Origin: Dicyema japonicum
Lineage: Eukaryota; Animalia; Dicyemida
Assembly: GCA_011109175.1 (NCBI GenBank)
Contig: RDEW01000001.1
Span: 2,111,485-2,175,484 of the forward strand
Direction of reading: 5' to 3'
Length of the DNA: 64,000 nt
Shown piece by piece: positions 13,437 through 25,259 of this stretch. The notes under the pieces were generated by a model. It saw only the letters and a program-made list of their open reading frames with translations, made no database searches and was not told the origin of the DNA. The translations under genes were made by a program, and so were the position numbers. Each line of letters opens with the position of its first letter. The stretch's first letter is position 1.

Positions 13437-14216
13437 AGAAATTTTTTTTTATTTCGAAAAATGAGTTATATATAGTTGTCATGATAACAATTACTGCGTG
13501 TTGCTATGCTGAATAATAGTTCTAATTAAAAGTGGTTAACTAAATAATCACTTTTGGTTATTGACCCTCCAAACTGAGTAGATCATTCAGTCATGCATAC
13601 AATGTACTTTAATTTAAAAATACATTTCAATAACAAAAATGCAGTCATAGCAACTTGTTACCAAAAAACATTCTATTGTTTATAATGAGTTCATAAGAGT
13701 TGTTAATTTTGAAATTATTACAAGTTTATCTCAAATTTTGTCAAACAAAAAACAAGTTTGTTATAGAATTTTTGGTTAAGAATTTTCATTATCCTATAAA
13801 TGTCAGTATTTTTATGACTTAAGTTGGTCGATTGATGAGTGACGTATTATCAGAATAAAGATTTATTAAGCAAAGCAATTAACCTTAACAATTGATCTTT
13901 TCTAATAATGATTTTATCAAAGTTACGCACTAATAATTTTGTCATGACAACCGGGAGAGTTCTTGGTCTCAATAAAATTTGTTTGATTAAGTGAACTTTA
14001 CTTCATTATGTCTGCAAAATCAAAATATATTTAAGAATTTCTATCTTAATCATATCTGACAATTTTATGATATTTTAGAAGGGATACAACATTTAACAAT
14101 TTCATTTTATTTTTTAAACAAATGCTTAAATAAGTTGTTTTACTATCATTATTTCACAAATTTGATTAATAATAATTAACCTATTATAATTAAATTTTTA
14201 TATTTCCCACAGTCGC

Positions 14217-14810
14217 ATGAGCAGAGACCTTCAAATATCACACATGTCCATCAAGAACCAGCGAAAATGGAAGAAGACATCCAGTACTTGTGGACACTTT
14301 TCTAATTGAAGGAACCTATTTCAACAACACAGGTTGGGACTGTTTATTATGTCGAAGATTCTGTTTCAGGAATATGCCAGACAGAATTAAATACAATATC
14401 ACTAAAATTGACTGTAATTAATTTAATAATTGATAATATTCATAACCATTAGATTATCTTGATGACAATATTAAGTACTTCGAAAATATGAGGGTTCACA
14501 GAAATAATATTTTATTGTTAAAAAAAACTATACAGAAATGTGTTGATGACTTACAATATCATTTGCATTTTAAAAAAGAAATTTATTTAATAAAATAAAA
14601 ATGATGTTGGAATATACATAATTTGTTATTAGAAAACAAAGAAAATCCAATGGTGAAGAAATAAATCGACAAAATAGTCGGATCCCTCAAGCGTTACAAG
14701 AAAATGTTGCAAGAATTCCAGAAGTGGATTCTATTTCTATTCCAATAAATATTAAAACCAATTTTATGGTTGGGATGGATTTTATTCCATGGAATGACAT
14801 TTGTCTGTAA
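14217..14810 (+). CDS. Candidate orphan multi-exon gene (structure uncertain)
   Basis: GT-AG pairs link open segments (MSRDLQ...|RTYFNNTGWDCLLCRRFCFRN...|YLDDNIKYFENMRV...), plus a stop-free terminal segment of about 60 codons (KSNGEEINRQ...FIPWNDICL*, TAA 14808-14810) in AT-rich DNA. No homology recognised. Confidence 0.35.
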
Positions 14811-15429
14811 CCATATCTTTCTATGAAGTTAAGTTTGTGATCCTAGGATACAAATATAAGTTATGCTTAGGATTTATTTCTATGAATGATTTCAAGAATG
14901 CCGAACTGTCGTAAATTATTAGTGATACTTGGAAATGTCTACCATGAAAAAGGAAAGCGTTCGTATAATTCAAAGTAAAATCAAATGGATACTGGTGCAT
15001 TATAGTACCCCTAAGCAATTATTTTTTATAAGTGCTCGATTTAAATATTTTTTAGGTTTGTTTAAGTGCCAGAAACAACTTGATCCACTTATCACTCTAA
15101 ATCAACGTGAGACTGGCGTTGCAAGAGCGACCTTGATATCACCCCCCCCCCCCCCTTTACGGAAGAGAAACGAAATTTTTAATTTTTTGTAAAAATTTGA
15201 TTGGCGTGCATAGGTTAGTGGTGTTGTATAGTATCCGCTAAGCGCTTTTAGTACCCCTAAACAATTATAGTGAAGCAGAAAATCAAATTTCCGAAATGAC
15301 GAAATATAAAGACGGACCAAGGATGCTCAATGCAATTCTCCTCCTTAATAGAGGGAGGTGTTCGAATACGGCACAAGGAAACTTAACTAATTTTTCGGAA
15401 GTGCTTTTTAAGCATTTATGATAAATAAT

Positions 15430-17400
15430 AATAACAAGTAAATTAACTAATTAAGCGTATTTTGATCCAGATTGTTGGTAATTCCTCTTTTTCTCTTAGA
15501 AGAAGAGTGTGCCATAACCTCCCTGTTACTCCGCATCTCCACATCAGATTCAGTCAAAATATCTCCGTTAGAGTCCAGTGGGCTGTCTCACGGCATGCCA
15601 GTTTCACAAGTTGGGAGGTAGCAGAGGCGTACTCTTCATCGTATACCTTCATCCCATGCTTATGTTCAATGAGCATACTTTCGAGCGTTCTCTTCAGCAC
15701 AACCGATTGGATGTAAGTCCTCGTTGATTCTTCAATAGATAATTTATCCATATGATTCTTGAAGCATCTTGAGACAACTCCATCCCATGTCAAAACCACT
15801 GGAATAATCTTCACTTGGCATTCATAGAGCAGCGAAAGTTCATTTGCTAGCAAGTCATATTTGTGAAGTTTCTCAACTTCAACTTGCTTTAGTCGGTCTT
15901 GTGAGGTAATCCCCACTTCAATTAACGTTACTTCCTTCTTTTTGTCATACACGAAAATATCAGGTTTATTGTATTGGACTTTTGTTTCTGTCAAAATCGA
16001 CGAGTCAACTCTAATTTCGACATTTTGATTCGTCAATATTGACTGAACCGAATGTCCTTTCAATTTCCTGCTTCTTTTGATTCCATAAATTCGACAAAGA
16101 TGAAGATGGATGCACTTTACCACTTCATTATGTCTTCGGAGATAATCACTATTTAGCATTTTTCCACACTGAGTGGCCAAATGATCAACAGTTTTCTTGC
16201 TTTTTTTACAATGGTTGCATAATGACCCCGTGTGTGCAAAAAACAAATTCCTATCTTGCAAAAGACAGTACAATGCTTCGCTCCGTGGGCCGTTATTTCC
16301 TTTGGATAACCATTCTGAGGAAGTATATAGGTCGACATTTGTTTCATCAATACATTTGAACATAATTGAGTGTAGTGTTCTGCAATAAATTTTATTTAAA
16401 TATTTTTTCTGAGTGTCCTTGAGGGACTTAATATCCATGCTTTCCTTGTCGGCCATTGCATATTTCGAGACAAGAAATCCTGTGATTGTAGTCAAGTGCC
16501 ATTATTTTGTTTTTATTACTCGCAGAATCCCTGACCTTCGCAAACACACAGTAGACTGTATTTTCAAACTTTTAAGGAACTGAAAAAGAATAAATTCACT
16601 TTTTAATGAAATCGAGGTAAGTACTCCTCCAAAAGTCTTCCTGTTCAAATACAGCTTCTCTTTATTTGCAGGTTTGAGGTGCAACTTGAGTGACGTAAGC
16701 AGTTGCCGTATTTGTTGGTCAATATCATCAAATTCGTAAGGTTCAATATTAATTAATCCTATATAATAGTTATATAGGGACATTGCGTATTCATTTATTG
16801 CACGAAATAAGTTCACAGAATTTAACTTTGTTTTTGAAAGCATGGTTATTCTCTTCTTAACATTTTCAAGTATGGACTCCATAACTTTGCTTTTAAGAAC
16901 ATTACTTCCCTCATCTTCAAAAACACCCAAATATCGATATCCACTGACTCCTTCCAGAGTCTCACAACATGATAACGATTTAACATTAGAAAATGACTTT
17001 TCCGAATTCATCTCCAAGCCGGCAACATAAAAGAAATCGCGAACAACTTCCATCATTTTAATAACAGTATCTTCTTTTAGCCCAAATATCTTTAGGTCAT
17101 CAATGAATAACAAATGATTTGTAGAATAAGTCAGTGTATTAGGATCCTCCTGATTAATTTGGAGTCTTGGGAACATAAAGTTAAGGGTCCTGCTCAAGGG
17201 TTCCATTACCATAACAAATAGTTGAGGGATAATGAATCTCCTTGCAGAATTCCACGTCCCAGTTTTACAGAACCAATTCTTCTTCCATCTAAGTAGAGAT
17301 TTACAGTCCAATTCTTGACTATGTTAACAATCCAACGGGTATTCCTGAACAGTCCAATACATGAAATAAAAATTCATGGTCAACAGAACCAAAGGCCTTC
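15430..17400 (-). mobile_element. R4/Dong-like non-LTR retrotransposon (RT + CCHC + REL endonuclease), 5'-truncated
   Basis: ORF 16502-17311 has NHLLFIDDLK and YRYLGV. ORF 15554-16495 has CNHC..TVDHLATQC, RHNEV, KPDIFVYD..LIEVGIT..KYD (PD-(D/E)xK nuclease). Confidence 0.92.
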
Positions 17401-18299
17401 TTCACATCAACCCAAACAGAATAAAGGCGTGAAGTGCTTTTTAATAATAAGCAATTATAGTACCTCATAAAAATAATAATTAAATCACCTGAATTTTATT
17501 TATTTTAGTTATGACGGTGGTTTCTAGTAGAAGAATAGGGAATATTACCAGATCTCATTAGAAAAATCTGGGAAATGTGAAGGAATTTAAAAATTCGAAT
17601 AAAAAAGACAAAATACTTCAGGCGCTGTTTTAAATGCAGAATGGGACAGGCCTTTTTCATAAGTCTTTTTTCACATCAATACGAGAATGGTGGAAAAACT
17701 AGTAAATTAGATATTACTGTTGGTTGAAAACTAGTGTTTTTATATTTTGAAGGCTAAACAGTAAAGAAATAATTTACATAATGGGAATCAAAAGCAACCA
17801 CGCAGTTATAATTGGTCAAACTACCGAAGGATATCTGATTTTTTAACTCAAAAGATAAGATTGGGGGACATGAAACAGCTTTAGAATCGATGAAAATCTA
17901 ATGAGAAAGAGAAGTAAGGACAAGACTCTTTTATGTGTTAAATAGAAAGAGAGAAACTTTACTGTTTATCCTAAAAGAGAATGTGGACAATGAAACGGGT
18001 ATTTATAGTGATAAATGGGCTGCTTTATGCTACCTAAACTAGCTATTGCAAGTCATGGCTGGTGAACCATTGTGAAATTTTATTGATATACAGTAATATT
18101 ACACAGAGACCGTCGAGAAAGTATGGAGAGAGTGCAAAGCAAGATTGTTAGTTAAATTGAGGGGTGTACCAATAGAGTTATTACATCCATCTCGATTTTT
18201 TTTAATTCATTACAAATTAAATATGACTGCCCATTTTCAAATTTTCATAAGATTTTTAACTGCAAATTCTTGTATAGCGACTCCTTGTTTATTCTTGGT

Positions 18300-18570
18300 G
18301 GCCAGTTCAGTCTAGTAGGGATCTAAATTGTCTTCGATGGAAAGAGTCTAGTCAAGTTGTTCGGTTTGGACGTCTCCCTGATTTCCACAATGTCGGTTTT
18401 TCGGTGTCATTCCAGGAACCATTGGTTCAGCTCAGCAGATGTCATCTCGAGGAGTCGAAGTAGGGCCGATTTGTCTTCTGACACAAAGTCGACATCGTCA
18501 GCATAAGCAATTTCTACGATGTTGCTAATTGCCGCTCCAGATATATGACAAATAGCAGGGGCGAGAGGGT
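18300..18570 (-). mobile_element. RTE RT fragment
   Basis: IVEIAYADDVDFVSED..LLE..SAELNQWFL. Confidence 0.7.
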
Positions 18571-19259
18571 TCTCCCTGGGGAGTACCAATATTGCACGTA
18601 AATTCACAGGAAAAAGTATTACGACCAGCACTTTGAGCTTCGTGTTGTTATTTTTATGAGGATACAATAATGTTAGGGGATACTATAAGTGCTTGAGAGA
18701 CTATAATTGTTAGGGAACTAAAAGCGCTTAGTAGTACTATAATGCACAGTACTATATCACCAGTAACCATAGTTTTTGTCTTTGCAACACAAATCACGTT
18801 TTTAATACAAATTAAAGAGTTCGCTTTTTCCGAAAAGGGGAGGGGGACTGTGTAAAGGTCTTCCATTTTTTGTCCTCTGCACACCAATCACGTTTTATGA
18901 CAAAATTAAAAATTTCGTTTTTGTTTCGTAAGGGGGGGGGGGCGATGTCAGGGTCGCCCTTTTGTCCCTTACAACGCTAGTCTCACGGTGATTTAAAGTG
19001 ATAAGTAGAGCATGTTATTTCTAGCACTTATACAAACCTATTATCGCTAAAAATTATTAATTTTAGCAAAATAAGAAAAATTACTTATGGGTATTATAAT
19101 GTAGCAGTACCGTCAAATGTGTAAAACTATAATACAATTAATCTAAATATATTTCTTATAAAGGCAATGGGGTTTGGCCTCAAGAAAGAAGATTGAGTTA
19201 GACGGGCGTTATAAAAGAATTACTTTTACTTTTTAATTGATAGATAAGTTATATTTTTA

Positions 19260-20200
19260 GATAACCATTATTTATTAATTTAATAACGTGCTTATTATAA
19301 TGGGTAAATCAGTTCGTCGTCATATAAAGATTTTTATTTGATATTTGGATTTACATGCGATGATAAAAAACTATTTCAATGCCTAATTTTCATGGAGGAT
19401 TTGGCAATGTTATGGTTCCTATCAAATTAAATAGACATTTTACTTACAAGCATTTGGACTATTCCAAAAAATCTGTGGATTATTTTATGCATTTGAAAAC
19501 ACAAGTATTATTTTAGTTTTATTATGTATTGTAGATCCAGTCAAATGTTGTTTAGTGATACTTATGTTAGCTCAACGGAGTCACTGATATGTTCATATTT
19601 GATTTATGATTTGATAGAACTGAACCTCATACCATTGGAAAAAATTTGATAATCCCTGCTTGTCGTATTCATTTTGCTCTGACTATGTTTGGTCATAAAT
19701 ATTAACAAAACTAATGAAGATAGCTTTGTCTGTCCCTTTTGTTCTATTGAAAACAATGTCTTATTTTCTATTAAGGAAACTCGTTTTTCATTACAACTAG
19801 ATGAATCCATAGAGATTTCAGGAATTGCACAGTTGTTGGCATATATACGATTTGTCTATTTTGGGAAAATTACGTAATCCATTTCTTTAGTTTCAATTCA
19901 ATAGATTTATCTGTTTCATCTTAATCAGCAACTTAATGATTTTGCTTAAAACTTTTATAATCTGAAATGGAACTTGAAAATCTATGAATTTAGCTGACGA
20001 GGCGTTTGAAAATATTATTGATGATTTCTACTACTTATATATGTGAATTTGGATTTTCAGCATTAGCAGATATTAAAACGCATAAACGTAATTGTTTTAA
20101 AAGACGTTGATTCGGAAAAGTGAGTTGCACTATCTACAATTAGACCCAACATTGATAATCTTTGCCGTCAACATCAATTAAAAATAACAAAATAAAGTGT
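19260..20200 (+). mobile_element. Internally deleted hAT (Buster/Charlie) copy, same family as 33735-38298
   Basis: MGKSVRR BED-finger start homologous to 37391 onward; FSLQLDES..AQLLAYIRFV; TTYICEFGFSAL..RVALSTIRPNID. TIRs not found. Confidence 0.8.
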
Positions 20201-20391
20201 ATTTTTCTAATACTCTAATTAATTTCAACTTTTTAAAAATAAATTTAAGTTCTACGGCAGGAAATTTTTTTACGCCAAATATTCCGCATGAAAAAGTCTG
20301 ATCTGAAATGTTCAAATTTGAAAATGATGCGTTTATGGCATACTTGTTATTTATTTAACATAAATAGCCTGGAAAGGGTTTTCGAATTATA

Positions 20392-22277
20392 CAGTCGAAC
20401 CCCGGGGTGGGGCATCAAAGTGCCCAAAAAGCGGGGGTGCCCTCCAAAACCGGGGTTTGGTTCAAACTATTGATTTATGGTTGATTTAACTTAAATTTTT
20501 GTTTACTTTGCGAAAAGGAACTTCTTCACTTCTTCCAAAGTGTTTATAAAATAAGTTGTGATTTTTGCTCTATAGTTTTGATAGATTTTTATTCTATGTT
20601 TTATTTCGATTTTTATTAATTAACAAATCATTATTTTTAAAGCATTTTTTGAAATAATCAGTCAATTTCAATTTTTGTTATTTCTTAGATCTTTTCCAAG
20701 TTGAAATCTAAATTCATTATATTTTTGTAATTTCTCAAAAGATGTATTTTGAGCTACATTTTCTAACTTATCCATTTCATAAGTTTCTGATATCGTTGTT
20801 TTGTCCTCTGTGTCAACTCCATTATAAAACTTGCTACTCTTGACTAGATCTTTGTTTTCTTCAGATATTACTTCAGTTACTATTTCTTCCAGGAGTTCTT
20901 CCCCACAAATTTTATCTTCAACTGATTCTTCTCTATTTTTTTCAATTTTCTTCCGACAATTAATTATTGTTGTTTCTTTAATTTCCTTCCACGCTTTTTT
21001 ACAAGTACCATAATCTGTCGCATATCTATGTTTTTCAAAGATTTAAGACTAATTGTTGTATCTTCTTCCAAATTGAGGATAAAATCCAATAGGAAGTTTA
21101 TGTACTTTAAAACACTTTATTATACCCATGTCTAAAGGTTGAATCAAAGATGTTGTGTTTTTCGGAAGAAAAAACAATTTAACATTTGAGTATTCCAATA
21201 AATAATGGCATGTAGCATTATTAAAAGTATTTTTCTATCTTGTGAGAGAAAGTCGTCGTTAATCTTTGGAAAGCCACATTTTGAAAAATTTCTCTATTTC
21301 ATCCAGGAATTTTTTGACGCTGCATATAAAATACGAATTTTTTACAATCAAAATCTATGTTAAAATATAATTAAGCAAACTTTTCATATAACGTGGTGAT
21401 TTGTATTTTCCAATAACAAGGGGTCTTAATTTATTTCCTGCTGCATTACAGCAAAGGAGAACTGTTACTCTTTCTTTACTGAATTTGTACCATGACATGT
21501 TTCTATAGATTCGACATAAGATCTTGAAGGAAATTTTTAACATACAATGATGTTCATCACAGTTAAAAATATTTCATGACCATAAGTTTTCACAAAATTT
21601 TCGAATTGAAAGAAAAAAATTTGCCAAATTACTTTTATCTGCTGAATTTTTTTCCCACAAATGGCTTTAAAAACCAGATCATGTCTCTTTTTAAATCTGT
21701 CTAACCAACCGTTTGAGGCTTTAAAAGATGTTGAATAATTCAATTTTGTGTTTTTTTTCGCGATGGCTTTGATTAAAGTACCCGAAATAGAAAAGGAATC
21801 ATCCCTCAAACGACGAAAAGCATTAAAAGTTAATTCGTCAAGTTTTTCAAATTGATTGACTTCATTAGAAACTGGTTTAACTTCATCTATTTGAACTAAT
21901 CTTGATATGACTGATCCGGTATTAATGAAGGAAGAAATGTTTTTTTTGATTCGGAAGATAGTGCCTTTGCTTATCGTGAATTTGTTTGCGACTTCTCTAT
22001 CAGACAAAGTTTGTAGACACTTTGCAATTTTAATTTCTGTTTAGATAGAAATCTTGGAAGGCATTACAAAAAGATAATTATCACGTGTTACACAAAAATT
22101 ATTCAAAATAATATTATGTAATAAAATATTAAAATAAATTAGTAAAGTGCCCCATACTGGGGTTTTAATAATTTCCAAATTTGGAAATTATTAATGGAAA
22201 ATGTACTAGAAAATAAAATCGCCCCAAAAATCGAGGGTGCCCCAAGGCGGGGGTTTTATTGGGGCGGGGTTCGACTG
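20392..22277 (-). mobile_element. Tigger/pogo DNA transposon, both TIRs and TA TSD, decayed transposase
   Basis: cagtcgaaccccg (20392) and cggggttcgactg (to 22277), each flanked by TA. CENP-B HTH FKASNGWLDRFKKRH and DDE_1 motifs KERVTVLLCCNAAG, FLPKNTTSLIQPLDMGII. Confidence 0.95.
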
Positions 22278-22319
22278 TATTAGGGAATTTTTAAAATTGT
22301 GGTGATAAGAAATTATTTA

Positions 22320-22790
22320 TTTATTTTTATTTTAATAACCCCGGGAACACCGAGAAAGAAAGACAAAAGAGTCAGTTAGGTGATCCCAGTCCTCGCAATC
22401 AATTGTGTCATTCGACGTCTGTGATCTTCCATCGTCCCTACTACTTTCCGGAAGAGCCTTCTTTCGGTCTTGCAGAGGAATCCGATCGGGGAGGGGAATT
22501 TCTTATCCAATCGGTTTTCTCTTGCCATGGAAAGGATCAGGCGAAGCGGATTTCCATCTTCCTCACAGACGCGAAGAAATCCGGAGCCACGACTACGGAT
22601 CTTAGCTTCCATGAGTAATGGGTCGACTGTTGATCCATTACATGGACAAAGCATACTGATTGTTTTCCGGTGTATCGAGTTGATTCTTTAGACCATAGAC
22701 TCCGATAGCGCGAATCTCCATGCAACGGAGGCATACTCAACGGCAGGCGCGATTGTTTGTTGGTAGAGGGTAGTTATGAAAACATTATGC
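22320..22790 (-). mobile_element. 5'-truncated I-group LINE 3' end, near-identical to 62290-62750
   Basis: Reverse complement aligns almost base for base with 62290-62750, including the terminal ctttctcggtgttcccggggttatt and A-rich tail. Confidence 0.92.
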
Positions 22791-22915
22791 TTTTCAAATA
22801 TGTGAGAACAGAAAGAAAGCTAACGACTACGTGAATACGGCCAAAGTCAATGCCTTTGAACATTTAAAATACTTGCATGTAGATCAAAAGGAATTTAAAG
22901 ATAATATTGTTTAAT

Positions 22916-22990
22916 TAGCGTGCGTCATGTGGTTCACCGTTTCTGGTGGCGTCGGAAATAGTCCTAAACTATATCTAAAAATAACCATTT
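22916..22990 (+). ncRNA. Putative structured 5' RNA element (HDV-like ribozyme-type pseudoknot?) at LINE 5' end
   Basis: Stems ggtt(22931-34)/aacc(22983-86), cacc/ggtg (22935-48) and atagt/actat (22958-72); CTAA at 22975-78 in the J4/2 position. Homologous motif with compensatory changes at 60170-60268 (-). P1/L3 are not canonical. Confidence 0.45.
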
Positions 22991-25205
22991 GCTCCCTACC
23001 AACCAGAGGACTTCCCACTGGACTGGATTCTCTCGATGTTGGAACATTTTATCGATTGAGATTGTTGACTTCAGGAGACGTAGAACAAAATCCAGGCCTA
23101 AAGAAGTTGACAATCTAGAGCGTAAACATAAACTGGATCAGAGGAAAGATTGCCGAATTTTCCTTATTCTTGGAGAGGAACAGAATAGATATCTGCCTTC
23201 TCCAGAAAACGAAGCTTTCAAATAACATTCCTACTTTTCTCTTTAACGGATACAGCACAATAAGATCCGACCGCCCACTTGGCCAAGGAGGGGGTCTACT
23301 GACTCTTGTGAGAAAAGGAATAAAATACTTCGAGAACCCTTCTCCTAGCAAAAACCTAATGGAAGACTCGAACACGGAGCTAATTGGAATTTCTGTTGTA
23401 ACTTCCATTGGAAAATTGAAATTGGCGAATGTTTTATACTTCCTCCTGGCTCCTGCAAGAAAAATTTATGCTTTGACCTATCGACCTTGGACAAACTAGA
23501 GAACTTGCTTTTATGTGGAGACTTGAATGCGAAGCACCCATCTTGGTTCCGCTAAAGCCGCTGATAACAGAGGAAATCTGCTATTATCCCAAATGCAAAA
23601 CTTAATAATCATCAACAATCCGAAAAGAACACTAGGACACCATACAACACGAAGGACATGGTGACATCTTCGGACTTATCAATCTGCTCGCCTCGTCTTT
23701 CCCGATCATTAATTGGACAATCCGTTATGATTGCCGGAGTGATCACCATTCAATGATAATAACGCTGAACTGCGAGCCACGCTTTGTACCGAAGCCTATT
23801 CATTTCTATGATTACAAAAATGCAAATTGGACTGGCTTTACAAATTTCGTTGATTCAAAACTGCAACATTTCCAACTGAAAATTTCTCCTCCATAGACAA
23901 AGCTGTATACTATTTCAACAAAATAATCATTGACGGAGAAATATTTTTTCAGAAAAGCATATATAAAAAACGAAAAATTGAAATACGACTCAAAAACAAG
24001 GAAAATAATTATGGAAAGAAACAACCTTAAGAAAATGATACATCGTTCACGAGAGGTCATTAATCGACTCAGGGGACTAAACATTCTGATCACGAAAAAC
24101 ACGAACAACACCCGTAGGAAGAAATTCATGCAAATCTCCGTTGCCATGAATAATCAGACCTCAATTTCCAACATGAAGAACCCAGAATACGAAGATAACA
24201 AAGAACAATGACAGCTAAATCTTAATAAATTTATGAAACATTGTAACCGAATTAGTCACATTCCTTATAAAAAGATTAACACACAAACGAAAATAAAGAG
24301 AAAGTTATCCAAAATGGCCCCGCTGACTTATTTTCCTCTTAAAAATGTATCCAAAGCAATATCATATCAGAAAAAAACAAACTCATGTGGCCCAGACCGA
24401 GTTCCTCTTATCCTGCTGAAACACTTGGGCCGAGCATCAATAAATGCATTGACAATCATCTACAACACATCGCTGAACATAAATACCATACCGACTTTAT
24501 GGAAACTATCAAAAATTCGACCAATATTGAAGCCGGGAAGACCGAAGAACGATCCCGGCTCTTACAGACCAGTTTCCCTTATATGTGTTTTGTCGAGGAT
24601 CCTGGAGAAACTGGTCCTAAAAGTTATTCGCCCTTCTCCCACAACCTACATTCCAACATGGCTTCAAGGAAGGATTATCAACAACCTCCTTCCTAACAAC
24701 ATTAATGAAGTTCATAACTGAAGGACACAAGAACAAAGGAAAAATCGGTCATATGTACGATCGACATTCAAAAAGCTTTCGACTCTGTCCCAAGGAAGAT
24801 CCTCATATAAAAATTGACAAAAATTGCACCATTAAAGTTATGGTTAGCAAATTTCGTAAGTGGACGCCGAGGGAAAGTATCCGTCGGAAACAAGAGTTCC
24901 AGATCGAGATTGTTACCCAATGGTGTACCCCGGATCTCCTTTGTCACCAATCCTCTTTAATTTGTTTCTGAATGATCTCCCTGTTCCTATGAATAATAAT
25001 GACGTGCCACTTTCTATGCCGATGACATAGTTGTCGCACCTAGGGACGTAAACGTCGAACATGCTAAGAAAGACTACAAGGAATACTAAATAACATATAT
25101 ATATGGTTGTGCGAAAATCGATTAAATTCATGTTCCGGAAAGTCAACAGTCACTCTATTTACTAAGAATACAAAGATGGGAACGCAAACAATTAATGTCA
25201 CATTA
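22916..25205 (+). mobile_element. I-group (Ingi/Vingi-like) LINE with intact 5' end, 2A-like peptide, APE and RT; 3' end truncated
   Basis: 5' motif TAGCGTG..; LLTSGDVEQNPGL (23062-23100); APE NRIDICLLQKTKL, CGDLNAKHPSW, SDHH; RT 24233-25200 homologous to 3883-5545. No ORF1/gag seen. Confidence 0.9.
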
Positions 25206-25259
25206 ATGGAGTAAGTCTTCTCCGCGATGACATCATCGTCCACATCAAATATCTTTTTA

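Larger units (their letters stand above)
14988..19111 (+). mobile_element. Merlin (IS1016/IS1595-like) DNA transposon with long imperfect TIRs, carrying nested retroelements
   Basis: About 300-450 bp homologous blocks in inverted orientation (14988-15290 and 18665-19111) with internal ttatagtacccctaa sub-repeats. Flanks are atcaaatg / gtcaaatg (7 of 8 identical). A decayed transposase at about 17540-18250 gives KIGG..IDE, RKRETLLFILKENVDNETGIYSDKWAA, VNHCENFID and VEKVWRECK. Confidence 0.7.
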
